A stretch of 64,000 nt of DNA from Escherichia phage vB_EcoM_Lutter. Shown piece by piece: positions 20,340 to 30,104 of this stretch. Position 1 is the stretch's first letter. Each line of letters starts with the position of its first letter. The notes under the pieces were generated by a model. The model saw only the letters and a program-made list of their open reading frames with translations. It did no database searches and had not been told where the DNA came from. A program made the position numbers and the translations under genes. The DNA lies in the sequence record NC_054924.1, one strand, 5' to 3'.

Positions 20340-21765
20340 AAAATTTTAATTCATTCGCCAAAGCATCTAACTGAGCTCGAGTCGATTCGTTTCTTTGATA
20401 GCGATTCTGTTCAGCCTGAATCTGTTGTGAACCTGCTACTTCGTTCACTTCAGTTGGAGTAGAATCTTGTTCAATTTCTACCCATTTCTGATTTCCTTTT
20501 TGAACACCCATCAAAAACTTATTCCATTTATTCTTATCACCATATCGTGATTTGATTTGCTTAATGAGTTGTTGTTCAGCAGCTGCTAACTCCTCGGTTT
20601 CAATGACCGCAAGCATAAAATCAGCTGTCGCTGGAAGACCAGCAGATTCTGCGATATCACTCATGTTAACATCGGAAGAGTCCCAAGCTTGTTTACCAAC
20701 CTGTGCTGCAGTCCAAAGAACAGTTTCAGTTTCAACAGCCAGAGCACGCAATTCTTCTGCGATGGCTTTAACAGCTGTGTAACTATTTTCTGAATAAACT
20801 CTGATGCGGCAAGATTTACAAATACCTAGATAGTCGACAATAATGATTGTTGGAACAAAATTTTTCTTGAGCTTCAATTCATTCAAGAGAGACCTGAATG
20901 TGTTAGCATCTGCCCCACCAGTAGGATACTGTTTAACGATTAAACGACCGAGAGTAGATTTCTCACGCCATTTTTCCATTTTTCCTTTATACTCAGCGTA
21001 AGAAATATGCCCATCATCAATGTCATCAAGAGAAACATCAAGCATATTAGCATCAATACGCTTAGCACAGACTTCTTCTGCCATTTCCATGGAGATGTAA
21101 AGAACATTATGTCCGAGCTGCAAATAATCTGCTGCCAATGAACACAATCCTAATGACTTACCAACGTTAACGCCAGCCATTAAAACGTTCAGTGTTCCAG
21201 TCTCAGCTCCGCCTTTAGTAATTTTGTTCAGAATTCTGAGTTTAAATGGAACCTTACGAGCTTTATTCATATAAGATAGCCAACGTGCTTCGTAGTCATC
21301 CATCCAATCATGACCAACGTAACTATCAAATGAAATTGATAATGCTTGGCGCATGATGTCAGGAATAGCACCAACATCCGGCATTTTCTTATTTCGTTTT
21401 TCCGGAGGAAGTTCAGCATTAGTTTGAATTTCGATTATTTTAGACGTAGCATTAAACATCGCCCTTTGCTGAACATATTTTTCTGTTTCTTTTATTAACC
21501 AACTGTGGTCTTCCGGAGAATCAGCCAGTTTTGAAATAAGTGTTTTTACACCAGAATATTCTGTTTCAGTAAATGAACTATTTTCTAATGCAACATTTAA
21601 CGCATTAATAGATGGAACGCTATGATACTCATTGACATGAGATTTAATTAATTTGAATGTATTTTTAGCTGGACCACTTTCAAAATATTCTGAATCCATA
21701 TATGGCCAAACTTTTGAAAAATAAGCTTGATCAAATATGAGATGAGAAAGAATAATTTCTACCAC
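20338..21765 (-). CDS. 41: replicative DNA helicase (DnaB-like)
   Basis: 475-aa ORF with Walker A GVNVGKS; T4 gp41 length. Confidence 0.9.
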   Translation of the reverse strand: MVEIILSHLIFDQAYFSKVWPYMDSEYFESGPAKNTFKLIKSHVNEYHSVPSINALNVALENSSFTETEYSGVKTLISKLADSPEDHSWLIKETEKYVQQRAMFNATSKIIEIQTNAELPPEKRNKKMPDVGAIPDIMRQALSISFDSYVGHDWMDDYEARWLSYMNKARKVPFKLRILNKITKGGAETGTLNVLMAGVNVGKSLGLCSLAADYLQLGHNVLYISMEMAEEVCAKRIDANMLDVSLDDIDDGHISYAEYKGKMEKWREKSTLGRLIVKQYPTGGADANTFRSLLNELKLKKNFVPTIIIVDYLGICKSCRIRVYSENSYTAVKAIAEELRALAVETETVLWTAAQVGKQAWDSSDVNMSDIAESAGLPATADFMLAVIETEELAAAEQQLIKQIKSRYGDKNKWNKFLMGVQKGNQKWVEIEQDSTPTEVNEVAGSQQIQAEQNRYQRNESTRAQLDALANELKF

Positions 21766-21774
21766 ACTTACTCC

Positions 21775-22119
21775 TTAAAAGAATTTAAATTTTTTCTTTG
21801 ACCTTTTATTAAATGCATCTTGCAGTTGCATTGTAATACATTTTTCTACATGAGGAGCTAACTCAGCTTTTCTTTCTTGGTCAAGAACAGCAAAGTCCAT
21901 TACAACCTTTCCATCAACCCAATCTAATTTTGTCACATACACAATGTGTGTAGAACCATCTTCTAGTTTAATGACAATCTCCTGGATAACATTTTCCATG
22001 GCAGATTTAATTATCTTAAGAGATTCATTAAAAAGACGTTCTTTTCTTTCTTCTTCCCCCTCCGAAGAGGGGGATTCGTCGATAATTTCTAGATCTAAGT
22101 CTAAATCATCTTTATTCAT
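21775..22119 (-). CDS. 40: head vertex assembly chaperone gp40
   Basis: Start placed at internal ATG 22119; acidic N-terminus; position between 41 and uvsX. Confidence 0.65.
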   Translation of the reverse strand: MNKDDLDLDLEIIDESPSSEGEEERKERLFNESLKIIKSAMENVIQEIVIKLEDGSTHIVYVTKLDWVDGKVVMDFAVLDQERKAELAPHVEKCITMQLQDAFNKRSKKKFKFF

Positions 22120-23293
22120 TAAATTCTTCCATATCACTTAACTGCTCGAGGTCAGTTTCTAAATCAGCTGCTGATTTACTTTTACTTTCTGGAGATTTAA
22201 ATTTTTCAACCTTTGAGTTAATCAATTCATCAACTTCAGCTTCAACAATTTCATTACTATCAATAGCACCTAACTGATAAGCACGTTTAATAGCATCTCG
22301 GAATGGTTGATGCTTAAATAAAGGACCCCAGAATGTAGTGCAGTTGGTATCTTTTGCACGCCAAGATTTTTCTTCGCGAATCATCTCGCCGGTTTCTTCA
22401 TCAAGAAATTCACGAGCATACCAGCCATTTTTAGGTTTTACCACGAATCCTAATTCTAGAGCCATATCTAACAATCCAGAATAAGGATCGATACCACCGT
22501 CAAATTTAACATCAATAAAGAATTTACTTTTTTCTTTAACGGTACGAGATTTTTCTACATTTAGAACAAATTGATACCCCTGAAGATCAGAACCATCTTT
22601 AATCTGACGCTTACCGATAATGAATACAGTATCAGCCGAATACATTACGCCTGTACCACCTGTCATCACGGTTTTACTAAACATTTCAATTGTTTCAATT
22701 GTATGGTTAACCGCAACGCACGGAATATTTTTAATGCTAAAATAAGGAGTAACAATACGGAATAATGACTTCAGTGATTTAGCACGAGTCATATCTGCCA
22801 CAGATTTTTCATTCAAGGCATCTTCCGTTTCTTTCTTAGAAGCCATATTACCGATTGAGTCGATGAATACAATAACCTTTTCACCACGCTCAATAGCTTC
22901 AAGCTGGTTCACCATATCAATTTTCAGTTGTTCAACTGACTGAATCGGCGTATGAATTACTCGTTCCGGGTCAACTCCCATGGATCGCAAATAAGCTGGA
23001 GTAATACCAAATTCGCTATCATAGAATAGACAAACCGCGTCAGGATATTTGTTCAAATACGCCGCAACCATAGTCAAAGACATATTTGATTTAAAGTGTT
23101 TAGAAGGCCCTGCGAAAATAGTTAAACCAGACTGCATACCACCATCAATCGCACCAGAAATAGCAATATTAAGCATTGGAATTTTTGTACGAATTACATC
23201 CTTTTCATTAAAGAATTTAGATGTAGTCAGTTCAGCAGTCATTTTAGAAGTGGAAGCTTTAATCAAACGGGATTTTAAATCTGCAATAGACAT
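22112..23293 (-). CDS. uvsX: UvsX recombinase (RecA-like)
   Basis: 393-aa RecA-fold ORF with Walker A (GPSKHFKS). Confidence 0.9.
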   Translation of the reverse strand: MSIADLKSRLIKASTSKMTAELTTSKFFNEKDVIRTKIPMLNIAISGAIDGGMQSGLTIFAGPSKHFKSNMSLTMVAAYLNKYPDAVCLFYDSEFGITPAYLRSMGVDPERVIHTPIQSVEQLKIDMVNQLEAIERGEKVIVFIDSIGNMASKKETEDALNEKSVADMTRAKSLKSLFRIVTPYFSIKNIPCVAVNHTIETIEMFSKTVMTGGTGVMYSADTVFIIGKRQIKDGSDLQGYQFVLNVEKSRTVKEKSKFFIDVKFDGGIDPYSGLLDMALELGFVVKPKNGWYAREFLDEETGEMIREEKSWRAKDTNCTTFWGPLFKHQPFRDAIKRAYQLGAIDSNEIVEAEVDELINSKVEKFKSPESKSKSAADLETDLEQLSDMEEFNE

Positions 23294-23370
23294 TCATTTT
23301 TTCCATAGGCATCATTATATTTTCCTCACTGGTTAAAGATAGAGTAATTATAACACAATAAATTTAGGCA

Positions 23371-24219
23371 TTAATCAACTGCTATTGGATGAATAGCATT
23401 AAACTTATGAAATGCTTCTGATTTTTCTTTACGAGAAACACACATGCGAAGAACCTTTAATGGCTCGTCTTCTTCACCCAACGATTTTCGTTTTTCAATA
23501 TTAGAAGTTTTCCAACGAGCTTGCTCTGGAAACTCTCTATTGATTTGTTCAAGCGCTCTATTATGTTTAGAATTACTACGAATTGAACTGCACCCGCCGG
23601 GAGCGTGTGATTTTCCAGATACAACTAGATATTTGAACAAGGCCAAATGCGGATAACCTTGATTAATTAAATTGAGAAATGCGTACATATCTTCACATAA
23701 ATCAATTTTTCCATACCCAATTTGTTCTGTCGTAAGTTTTCCGAGGTCATACCATGTATTCGTGAATCCATATGAGTTTTCACGATAATTACCCCAAGAT
23801 GAAGTAATTTTAAAAATTGGTAGACGAGCATGACCGTGATAATACCCGCAATCCATAGCATCCTCAACGTATTGAATTAATTCATAGAACTGTTCACGAG
23901 TTAATTGATTAATTTTATCTACGCGCCGTTTATCGTCTCTCTTTCGTATTGAACTCATACGAATAGTAGTATCATCATCAATCATCCAGATTCGTTGACC
24001 TGCATACATATCAGTAATTGCTTTACGAGTACCGGCAATTCCATTAACATCATCAGGAATAGTTACAATTTTAGCTCTAGACCCATAAGCATCATAATAA
24101 GCTTTTTCTTCGTGTTCACGCACTACAATATGTGGTTCATAATCAGTCGGAAACATATCAAGGGCAGAAACTGCCCCTACGCGTTGATAGCTTGGAATTA
24201 CGAATTGAATCATTTCCAC
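23371..24219 (-). CDS. putative beta-glucosyl-HMC-alpha-glucosyltransferase (T2/T6-type)
   Basis: 282-aa ORF in the slot where T4 has the 351-aa beta-gt; size fits the T2/T6 enzyme; glycosyltransferase-like DDD motif. Confidence 0.5.
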   Translation of the reverse strand: MEMIQFVIPSYQRVGAVSALDMFPTDYEPHIVVREHEEKAYYDAYGSRAKIVTIPDDVNGIAGTRKAITDMYAGQRIWMIDDDTTIRMSSIRKRDDKRRVDKINQLTREQFYELIQYVEDAMDCGYYHGHARLPIFKITSSWGNYRENSYGFTNTWYDLGKLTTEQIGYGKIDLCEDMYAFLNLINQGYPHLALFKYLVVSGKSHAPGGCSSIRSNSKHNRALEQINREFPEQARWKTSNIEKRKSLGEEDEPLKVLRMCVSRKEKSEAFHKFNAIHPIAVD

Positions 24220-24950
24220 TCACCGTTATAATCTTTTTTCACAATATGAGTTTCGCCAGTATTCCACCAATGATCAACCAAGTAAAAATGACGAGAATAT
24301 ACATGAAGACTTCCAACATTCCATATAATAGAACCTGCTTTATACTGACGAGTTGAATCGCCTGCATTCAAATCAGATACTAATTTATCTAATACGTATT
24401 TTTGCCATGCATAATCATTACGGAATCCGAAGACCACGTCATTTGAGCGCATGCTTACTACTGCATTGACTTTCTTATCACGAATCAGGTACTGTACTGT
24501 ATTCGTACACATGAAATCTGACATACCATCTTTATTGTAGTCAAATTGCATGGATGGACGAGTATAAATCATGATACCACGTCGAGAATCAGGATTTTGA
24601 CCAAGTTCAGCTAAACACATATCATACTGAGCATAGTTATCTTCTGACCAGATAGCCCAACCATAATTCGAGTTAATTTCGCCTTTAGAAGATGCTACCT
24701 GCTGCCAAATCTTCGGTGTTTCACCTGGAATATCTTTAACGAACAAGCTCTTAGATTTATACCATTCAAGTTCACGCTGAATGTATTCATCATTAAGAGC
24801 GCCAAAAATAAAAGGTTCATCTGCTACAAATGATGCACCAATAATTTCAATAGTTTTAACCCCGGTTTTATCAATTACGAAATCTTTTTCCTTTAATGCA
24901 AGACCCAAATCAAGACGGATTTCTTCAACTGTCATATAATCGTTAATCAT
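24210..24950 (-). CDS. 42: dCMP hydroxymethylase
   Basis: 246-aa ORF, thymidylate-synthase-like fold; matches T4 gp42. Confidence 0.9.
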   Translation of the reverse strand: MINDYMTVEEIRLDLGLALKEKDFVIDKTGVKTIEIIGASFVADEPFIFGALNDEYIQRELEWYKSKSLFVKDIPGETPKIWQQVASSKGEINSNYGWAIWSEDNYAQYDMCLAELGQNPDSRRGIMIYTRPSMQFDYNKDGMSDFMCTNTVQYLIRDKKVNAVVSMRSNDVVFGFRNDYAWQKYVLDKLVSDLNAGDSTRQYKAGSIIWNVGSLHVYSRHFYLVDHWWNTGETHIVKKDYNGEWK

Positions 24951-24954
24951 TTAA

Positions 24955-25107
24955 ACCTCAATTGATGCATTCATATTTAATTTGTAACAGTAATAAACTC
25001 CAACCTAAAATAATAGTTGGAATCATAAGAGGAACCGTTACACTATAGTATATACTTATTATAACCATCAAGATTAAAAGCAACACTGCTATAATTTTGC
25101 TTTTCAT
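24955..25107 (-). CDS. small hydrophobic protein (50 aa)
   Basis: ORF below cutoff with ATGA overlap onto the imm stop; single TM helix. Confidence 0.3.
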
Positions 25108-25355
25108 TCCTTCTCTCTGATGATAATTACCTGATTTGGCTGCGCAGACTTTTTAGTTTCACCTACAATTGACCAAATAAATGTAATAAACCAACCAATA
25201 ATTGACCAGTTAAACAGTAAAGATGTGAAAAAGATTCCTACTGTCGATTTTGACCCACGCATCAAGGCGATAAACCATGGAAGCATGTATATAATAATAG
25301 CCAACACGCCTGATACTAAAACCATAAAAATTGAACCTGCTACTAAAGTTTCCAT
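25104..25355 (-). CDS. imm: immunity protein Imm (superinfection exclusion)
   Basis: 83-aa two-TM membrane protein at the T4 imm position. Confidence 0.8.
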   Translation of the reverse strand: METLVAGSIFMVLVSGVLAIIIYMLPWFIALMRGSKSTVGIFFTSLLFNWSIIGWFITFIWSIVGETKKSAQPNQVIIIREKE

Positions 25356-25362
25356 GTTTTCC

Positions 25363-25743
25363 TCACTTAGTCAAATTTTTTACGCATGAATTATAAGAAT
25401 TCACTACATACTCCATCGGAGCATTTTTACCAGTACGCCATTGGTAATTATTAGCCCAATTAGCCCAAATTTCGGCGCAGTAGTTTTCAATTTTTTCTTC
25501 GCGTGTAATTACATCAGAATTACGATATGCTTGAGCAGATTCATCTGGACGAATAGCTTCGTCAAAATTCGCCTGCATTTGTTCGACTGTTTGCTTTGGA
25601 GCTTCTTTATAACACTTGACATTAGGATTATAAAATTTGCTTGAACAGTTTACAATTTTTCCTGCATCAGACTGATTTACTACCGGTCCTTGAGCTACAC
25701 AACCAGTAAGACCTAATGCAATAACCAAAATAGCGATTTTCAT
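25363..25743 (-). CDS. predicted lipoprotein
   Basis: 126-aa ORF with signal peptide and lipobox LTGC. Confidence 0.5.
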   Translation of the reverse strand: MKIAILVIALGLTGCVAQGPVVNQSDAGKIVNCSSKFYNPNVKCYKEAPKQTVEQMQANFDEAIRPDESAQAYRNSDVITREEKIENYCAEIWANWANNYQWRTGKNAPMEYVVNSYNSCVKNLTK

Positions 25744-25753
25744 AATAATTTCC

Positions 25754-25990
25754 TCAAATACAAGTAGTAATTACTCCAGTAGTGCTTACACAGATATTAC
25801 CTAATTGAACACCCAGCGTTCCATTAGTATTCACATGAAGATTATCATCAATTTTAACTGATATTTTACCATTAGTGTGAATAACGGTGCTAGATTCAAT
25901 CACAGGTTGAGTATCATTTTCAACACTAACAAATGGAACTGCTGCTAATGCAACTAAACAAACTGCTAAGCATCCCATAACAATTTTCAT
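25754..25990 (-). CDS. small secreted protein
   Basis: Start placed at MKIVMGCLAV (ATG 25990) with GGAG SD; the longer track ORF translates the upstream promoter. Confidence 0.45.
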   Translation of the reverse strand: MKIVMGCLAVCLVALAAVPFVSVENDTQPVIESSTVIHTNGKISVKIDDNLHVNTNGTLGVQLGNICVSTTGVITTCI

Positions 25991-26022
25991 TTTATTCTCC
26001 AAATCCGTATTAGTTGATAATT

Positions 26023-26055
26023 GTATAGTACCACAGAGGAACAGTCTTGTAAACA
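26023..26055 (-). promoter_or_regulatory. T4-type early promoter (member of an 85-bp repeated cassette)
   Basis: GTTTAC, 17 nt, GTACTATA; near-identical cassette at 54426..54513. Confidence 0.55.
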
Positions 26056-26141
26056 GTTTTGTGAAAAAATTTTTAATGAATTTACAGGACCTAGAATCAT
26101 CTATTTTTCCTAAGTATAGATTTATATTACTTGTATGAAAA

Positions 26142-26159
26142 AGGGACCCGGAGGTCCCT
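26142..26159 (-). terminator. stem-loop terminator after gene 43
   Basis: GGGACC-CGGA-GGTCCC inverted repeat just downstream of the gp43 stop. Confidence 0.5.
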
Positions 26160-26171
26160 AGATTTATTCTA

Positions 26172-28868
26172 TCAGCCAAACAGGAAGTCTAACGAAGCTT
26201 TTTCTTCATAGTCCATACCAGCCGATTCACACATGCCCGCAAGCGGTTTAACAAACGATTTTTGGAACAAAGTTGAGTAGTCAATCCAAGATAGTACATC
26301 AGAACGAATTTCTTTTGGAAGTTCTGTGCCCGACGGCCAAGCAATGCACTTGTCACCAAATGGATTTCCTTCACGCAATGGAAGAACCATTACTTTATTT
26401 CCATCCAAAATTGGAGCTACACCCAGACCACTAACAGCTCGACGATAAGTTAGCACACCGCGAATATGGAACGGACATTTAAATCCTGGCCAACCTTTAT
26501 CATCATATTTTGCTATATCGTTCGCAGTTTTTACTTCAGCAATAACTTTATAGTCAAGTTGACGATATTCTTTCTCGAAGTTCTTGTAGTATTCTTGGAC
26601 AGACTCTTCACCTTCCTGAAGAATACGACGAATACTTTCTTCGAGAGCTTCTTGCACTGCTTTTGGTGTTGAACTCTGTTGAGTTTCCATACCCATGATT
26701 TTTAGATGCGGTTCAGCAAATCGTTTATCTTCCATATCATAAACGTTCAGAGCATAACGCTTTTTCGCTTTCCAAAATCCACCAACGCCCTTTGAACCAA
26801 GTGGAGGGCAAGAAATAGCTTCACGGTCCATATGCATCAGATGCTCGCGATTATTCATATAATCACATAACTCACGATATGCAACATCAATCATAGGTTC
26901 CATCTTTTTCTTACCAAACTGATTCATGAATTCAACTAAATCATTTTGTTCTTTAAAGCGGTCAAGACCTACTTTTTCAATTACTTTATCTACACAAACA
27001 TATACCGAATCAGTATCACCCGCGGCAATGAAATCTTCACCATCAGTTCCACATACTTTATTTAGATATTCATTAATTTTACGAGCAATCCACTGAATAC
27101 CGACTTGACCGAAAATTGTGATAGCAGTAGCATTTCGCAAATCATAGTAACGGAAATGAATATTACCAAGAGCACCATAAAGACTGTTAATAAGAATTTT
27201 ACGGTTCAGCTGATTTGTGTTAGCAAGTGTAGCTGCTTTTTCACATTCCTCAATCAGACTATTGAGAACGGATTCGGTGTAATTCGATAGTTCATTTAAG
27301 AAATCATCACTGAACTTAACATATCGTTCAACTTCTGGTTTAGTTGAACAAGACCCTGCGCCTTTCATAATAATCTTTTTAATAGCTTCGGCATTCATTT
27401 CTTCAGCGAACATTTTCTTTTTCCAATCTTTACGCTGGAAAAATACTTTAGCGATTTCCTTTGGAATGATACCTTCTTGATGCTTATCATACATCCATCC
27501 ATTCGGAGAACAAGAATATTCATCACTTGGCTTAGGAGCTGTTCCTGCGATATATTCATGAATTGGATGAACTTTAAATTGTCCACGAATAGTCTCAGGA
27601 CTAATGTTAACCTGACGAATAATGCTAGGATACAGAGACGTCAAGTCAAAACTCATAATGTATCGACGAGCAATCGGTTTAGGTTCAAACACAAATGCAC
27701 CTGGAAAACTCTGTTTAACGTGCGAACCTTGTTGAGGAATAACCTTATGTTCACCTTTCAGTGAGTTAAAAATAATAGCGTCCCAAGTTTTAATAGGACT
27801 CATTACGCCAGAAAAAGGCATTTTAGCGTAATAAGACATACTTAAAACTAGATCGATAAACCCACGAATTTTATCAATTGCTTGAACTGATTCTACGTCA
27901 ATGATGTTATAACTAATGTATCGTTGATGATTAGTCTCACGAAGTTTATTAATAGGACCATCGTACGGCAATTTACCTTTTTTGGTTTCGTGCTGAGCAA
28001 CTGATTCCAAAGAGAATGATGGCAAATTAGTAAATGCGAATTTTTTGTACAAATCTAAATAATCAAGAATAGATACGCCATCAATAGAATAAATTTCTTT
28101 GCTACCGTACATATTTTGAATTAGTTTAGATTTTACTCGACCGATTGGAGAGAAACGTTTCATACTACGTTCACCGAGAACCATTTTAACACGATTCATG
28201 ATATACGGAACGTCAAATCCCTCAATATTCCAACCAGTAAAAATAGCAGGTCGTTTCTGTTCCCAGAGATTAATATATTCCATGAGCATATCACGCTCAT
28301 TATCAAATGGCATATAAATTACTCGGTCAAGAATTTCTTGAGGAACTTCATCACCACCTTCACAGTCAAGTTTAGCAGCTAACTTTGCATCCCATTTTGA
28401 TACTGAACCATACATTGAATTCAATAAATCAAAGACGTAAAAACGGTCATCAATTGAATCATAATGAGTGATAGCATCAATTTCATATTCAGCTTTCATT
28501 GGGTCAGGAAATTTATCACCAGTAACCTCAATGTCACAGTTAGCTACACGAACAAATTTTCGGTCATAAACAATTTCTGAACCATATGTATCACTGATAT
28601 AAGCGAGTTTAAAATCGTTCATACCGAGAGCTTCGAGACCGATGTCTTCCATTCGTTTCATCCAATCTCGAGCATCTTTCATTGATGGAAATTTTTGAGG
28701 AGCGCAGTTTTTACCATAGATGTCTTTGTACTTTGACTCTTCCTTACAATGCCTAAACATAGTCGGAAGATATTCTACTTCACGAGTACGTTCCTTTCCG
28801 TTTTCATCAATATAACGTTCAACGATGTTATTTCCGACTGTTTCAATAGAGATATAAAATTCTTTCAT
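26172..28868 (-). CDS. 43: DNA polymerase (family B) with 3'-5' exonuclease
   Basis: 898-aa ORF with exo and polymerase motifs (YGDTDS-like DTDS); T4 gp43 length. Confidence 0.95.
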   Translation of the reverse strand: MKEFYISIETVGNNIVERYIDENGKERTREVEYLPTMFRHCKEESKYKDIYGKNCAPQKFPSMKDARDWMKRMEDIGLEALGMNDFKLAYISDTYGSEIVYDRKFVRVANCDIEVTGDKFPDPMKAEYEIDAITHYDSIDDRFYVFDLLNSMYGSVSKWDAKLAAKLDCEGGDEVPQEILDRVIYMPFDNERDMLMEYINLWEQKRPAIFTGWNIEGFDVPYIMNRVKMVLGERSMKRFSPIGRVKSKLIQNMYGSKEIYSIDGVSILDYLDLYKKFAFTNLPSFSLESVAQHETKKGKLPYDGPINKLRETNHQRYISYNIIDVESVQAIDKIRGFIDLVLSMSYYAKMPFSGVMSPIKTWDAIIFNSLKGEHKVIPQQGSHVKQSFPGAFVFEPKPIARRYIMSFDLTSLYPSIIRQVNISPETIRGQFKVHPIHEYIAGTAPKPSDEYSCSPNGWMYDKHQEGIIPKEIAKVFFQRKDWKKKMFAEEMNAEAIKKIIMKGAGSCSTKPEVERYVKFSDDFLNELSNYTESVLNSLIEECEKAATLANTNQLNRKILINSLYGALGNIHFRYYDLRNATAITIFGQVGIQWIARKINEYLNKVCGTDGEDFIAAGDTDSVYVCVDKVIEKVGLDRFKEQNDLVEFMNQFGKKKMEPMIDVAYRELCDYMNNREHLMHMDREAISCPPLGSKGVGGFWKAKKRYALNVYDMEDKRFAEPHLKIMGMETQQSSTPKAVQEALEESIRRILQEGEESVQEYYKNFEKEYRQLDYKVIAEVKTANDIAKYDDKGWPGFKCPFHIRGVLTYRRAVSGLGVAPILDGNKVMVLPLREGNPFGDKCIAWPSGTELPKEIRSDVLSWIDYSTLFQKSFVKPLAGMCESAGMDYEEKASLDFLFG

Positions 28869-28870
28869 AG

Positions 28871-28905
28871 ATATTCCTTAGTTTATAGCCCGAGTTATTA
28901 GGCTC
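28871..28905 (-). promoter_or_regulatory. gene 43 translational operator hairpin plus SD
   Basis: Minus-strand GAGCC-UAAUAACUC-GGGCU hairpin immediately upstream of AAGG SD and the gp43 ATG; this loop is the known gp43 RNA-binding site. Confidence 0.65.
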
Positions 28906-28926
28906 TTGATATATTATACTCCAAAT

Positions 28927-28944
28927 AAGGGGCCGAAGCCCCTT
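28927..28944 (-). terminator. UUCG-tetraloop stem-loop
   Basis: AAGGGGC-CGAA-GCCCCTT inverted repeat followed by TTGGAGTATAAT. Confidence 0.45.
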
Positions 28945-28946
28945 GC

Positions 28947-29168
28947 TTAAATTAGTACTATTTGTCGGTGAAAAATTGTCATTCCATCTGCATTAATTGA
29001 CTTAACGACTGCGGTAAAGTGTTTTTGTTCTGGATGAATTAATTTTTGAAATTCTACCTGAAATTTTAGTTGAAGGTTTTCTGGTAAATCAAAAAGTGTT
29101 TCTGTTGCAGAAAGATTATATTTTTCTTTAAGAGACGCCATGTATTCTTGCGGAGTTATAGCAGTCAT
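28947..29168 (-). CDS. hypothetical protein
   Basis: 73 aa from internal ATG 29168, which sits one nt after the regA stop. Confidence 0.3.
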   Translation of the reverse strand: MTAITPQEYMASLKEKYNLSATETLFDLPENLQLKFQVEFQKLIHPEQKHFTAVVKSINADGMTIFHRQIVLI

Positions 29169-29169
29169 A

Positions 29170-29538
29170 TTAATTACCAATCGTATATTTAGGAACGAGC
29201 TTCCATTCATGTTTTTGTTTAAAAGAAATAACTCGGAAGTTATTAGTTAAATCTTTCATAAAAGTTCTTTGACCAGGAACGATTTCAATCAGTCCCCAAT
29301 CTTCTAACAGCCATGCAATCGAATCACGACGAACTTCATCTTCTTCTGTCATTTCAACTTGGCGACCATCCATACGAAGCATTTCTTTAAAATGAACGAT
29401 ATAGTATAGTCCTTTTTTCTGAAGAATATGACAGGACTGATACAGAACTTTATCTTTATTATTAGCAATTCCCATACGAGTCAAAGTTTCTTTTACTTTC
29501 AGAAAATCTTCAGGTTTTTTAAGAGTAATTTCAATCAT
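29170..29538 (-). CDS. regA: translational repressor RegA
   Basis: 122-aa ORF at the T4 regA position. Confidence 0.85.
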   Translation of the reverse strand: MIEITLKKPEDFLKVKETLTRMGIANNKDKVLYQSCHILQKKGLYYIVHFKEMLRMDGRQVEMTEEDEVRRDSIAWLLEDWGLIEIVPGQRTFMKDLTNNFRVISFKQKHEWKLVPKYTIGN

Positions 29539-29539
29539 T

Positions 29540-30103
29540 TTACCATTCCAATACTAGTTTTTTGAGTTGTTTCTGTTCTTTTACGTTCTTAGTCACTTCT
29601 TTCAAAAAATCATCCGTGACTAAACCTTTTAGTTCTTTTAATACTAAAGGAAGTTTTCCATTTTTAGTAAGAATTGATTTATAGTTAATTGCATCATTTG
29701 TATTAACTTGATACCGTTTAGCAAGTAACTTAATAATCAATACTTCGGTGGAATCTTCAACCAGTTTTGCCCATTTACCATATCTTTTACCACGAGGAAC
29801 TGCAGCCATTAGATAATTAAAATGAGATTCATCACTTAATCCAGAACCGATTAAATTCATTGCATATACAGCTGGCATGCACTCTGGAAATTGTGATAAT
29901 GCATTTTCAACCATGAATTTTGAATAATCTTTTTGAGCAATAGAGCATTTAGTTTTATTATTAATAGCTCCAATTATTTCAAAAAATTCATTTTCAGCTT
30001 TTTCTTTAAAAGAATCAGCAGCGGATTGGACAGCTGTCCAATCTTTTGAATACCAAGCAACTTGATGCTCGTTTAATTGAATATCATCTTCAAATAAGCT
30101 CAT
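29540..30103 (-). CDS. 62: clamp loader small subunit
   Basis: 187 aa from ATG 30103 ([10 protein letters not shown]); T4 gp62 length. Confidence 0.85.
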   Translation of the reverse strand: MSLFEDDIQLNEHQVAWYSKDWTAVQSAADSFKEKAENEFFEIIGAINNKTKCSIAQKDYSKFMVENALSQFPECMPAVYAMNLIGSGLSDESHFNYLMAAVPRGKRYGKWAKLVEDSTEVLIIKLLAKRYQVNTNDAINYKSILTKNGKLPLVLKELKGLVTDDFLKEVTKNVKEQKQLKKLVLEW

Positions 30104-30104
30104 A

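Noticed and set aside
25754-26179. N-terminal extensions containing LCGTIQLS on four track ORFs (25754..26179, 52468..53055, 53460..54494, 57811..58044)
   Set aside because: These residues are the translation of the conserved early-promoter cassette; the real starts are the downstream ATGs preceded by an SD
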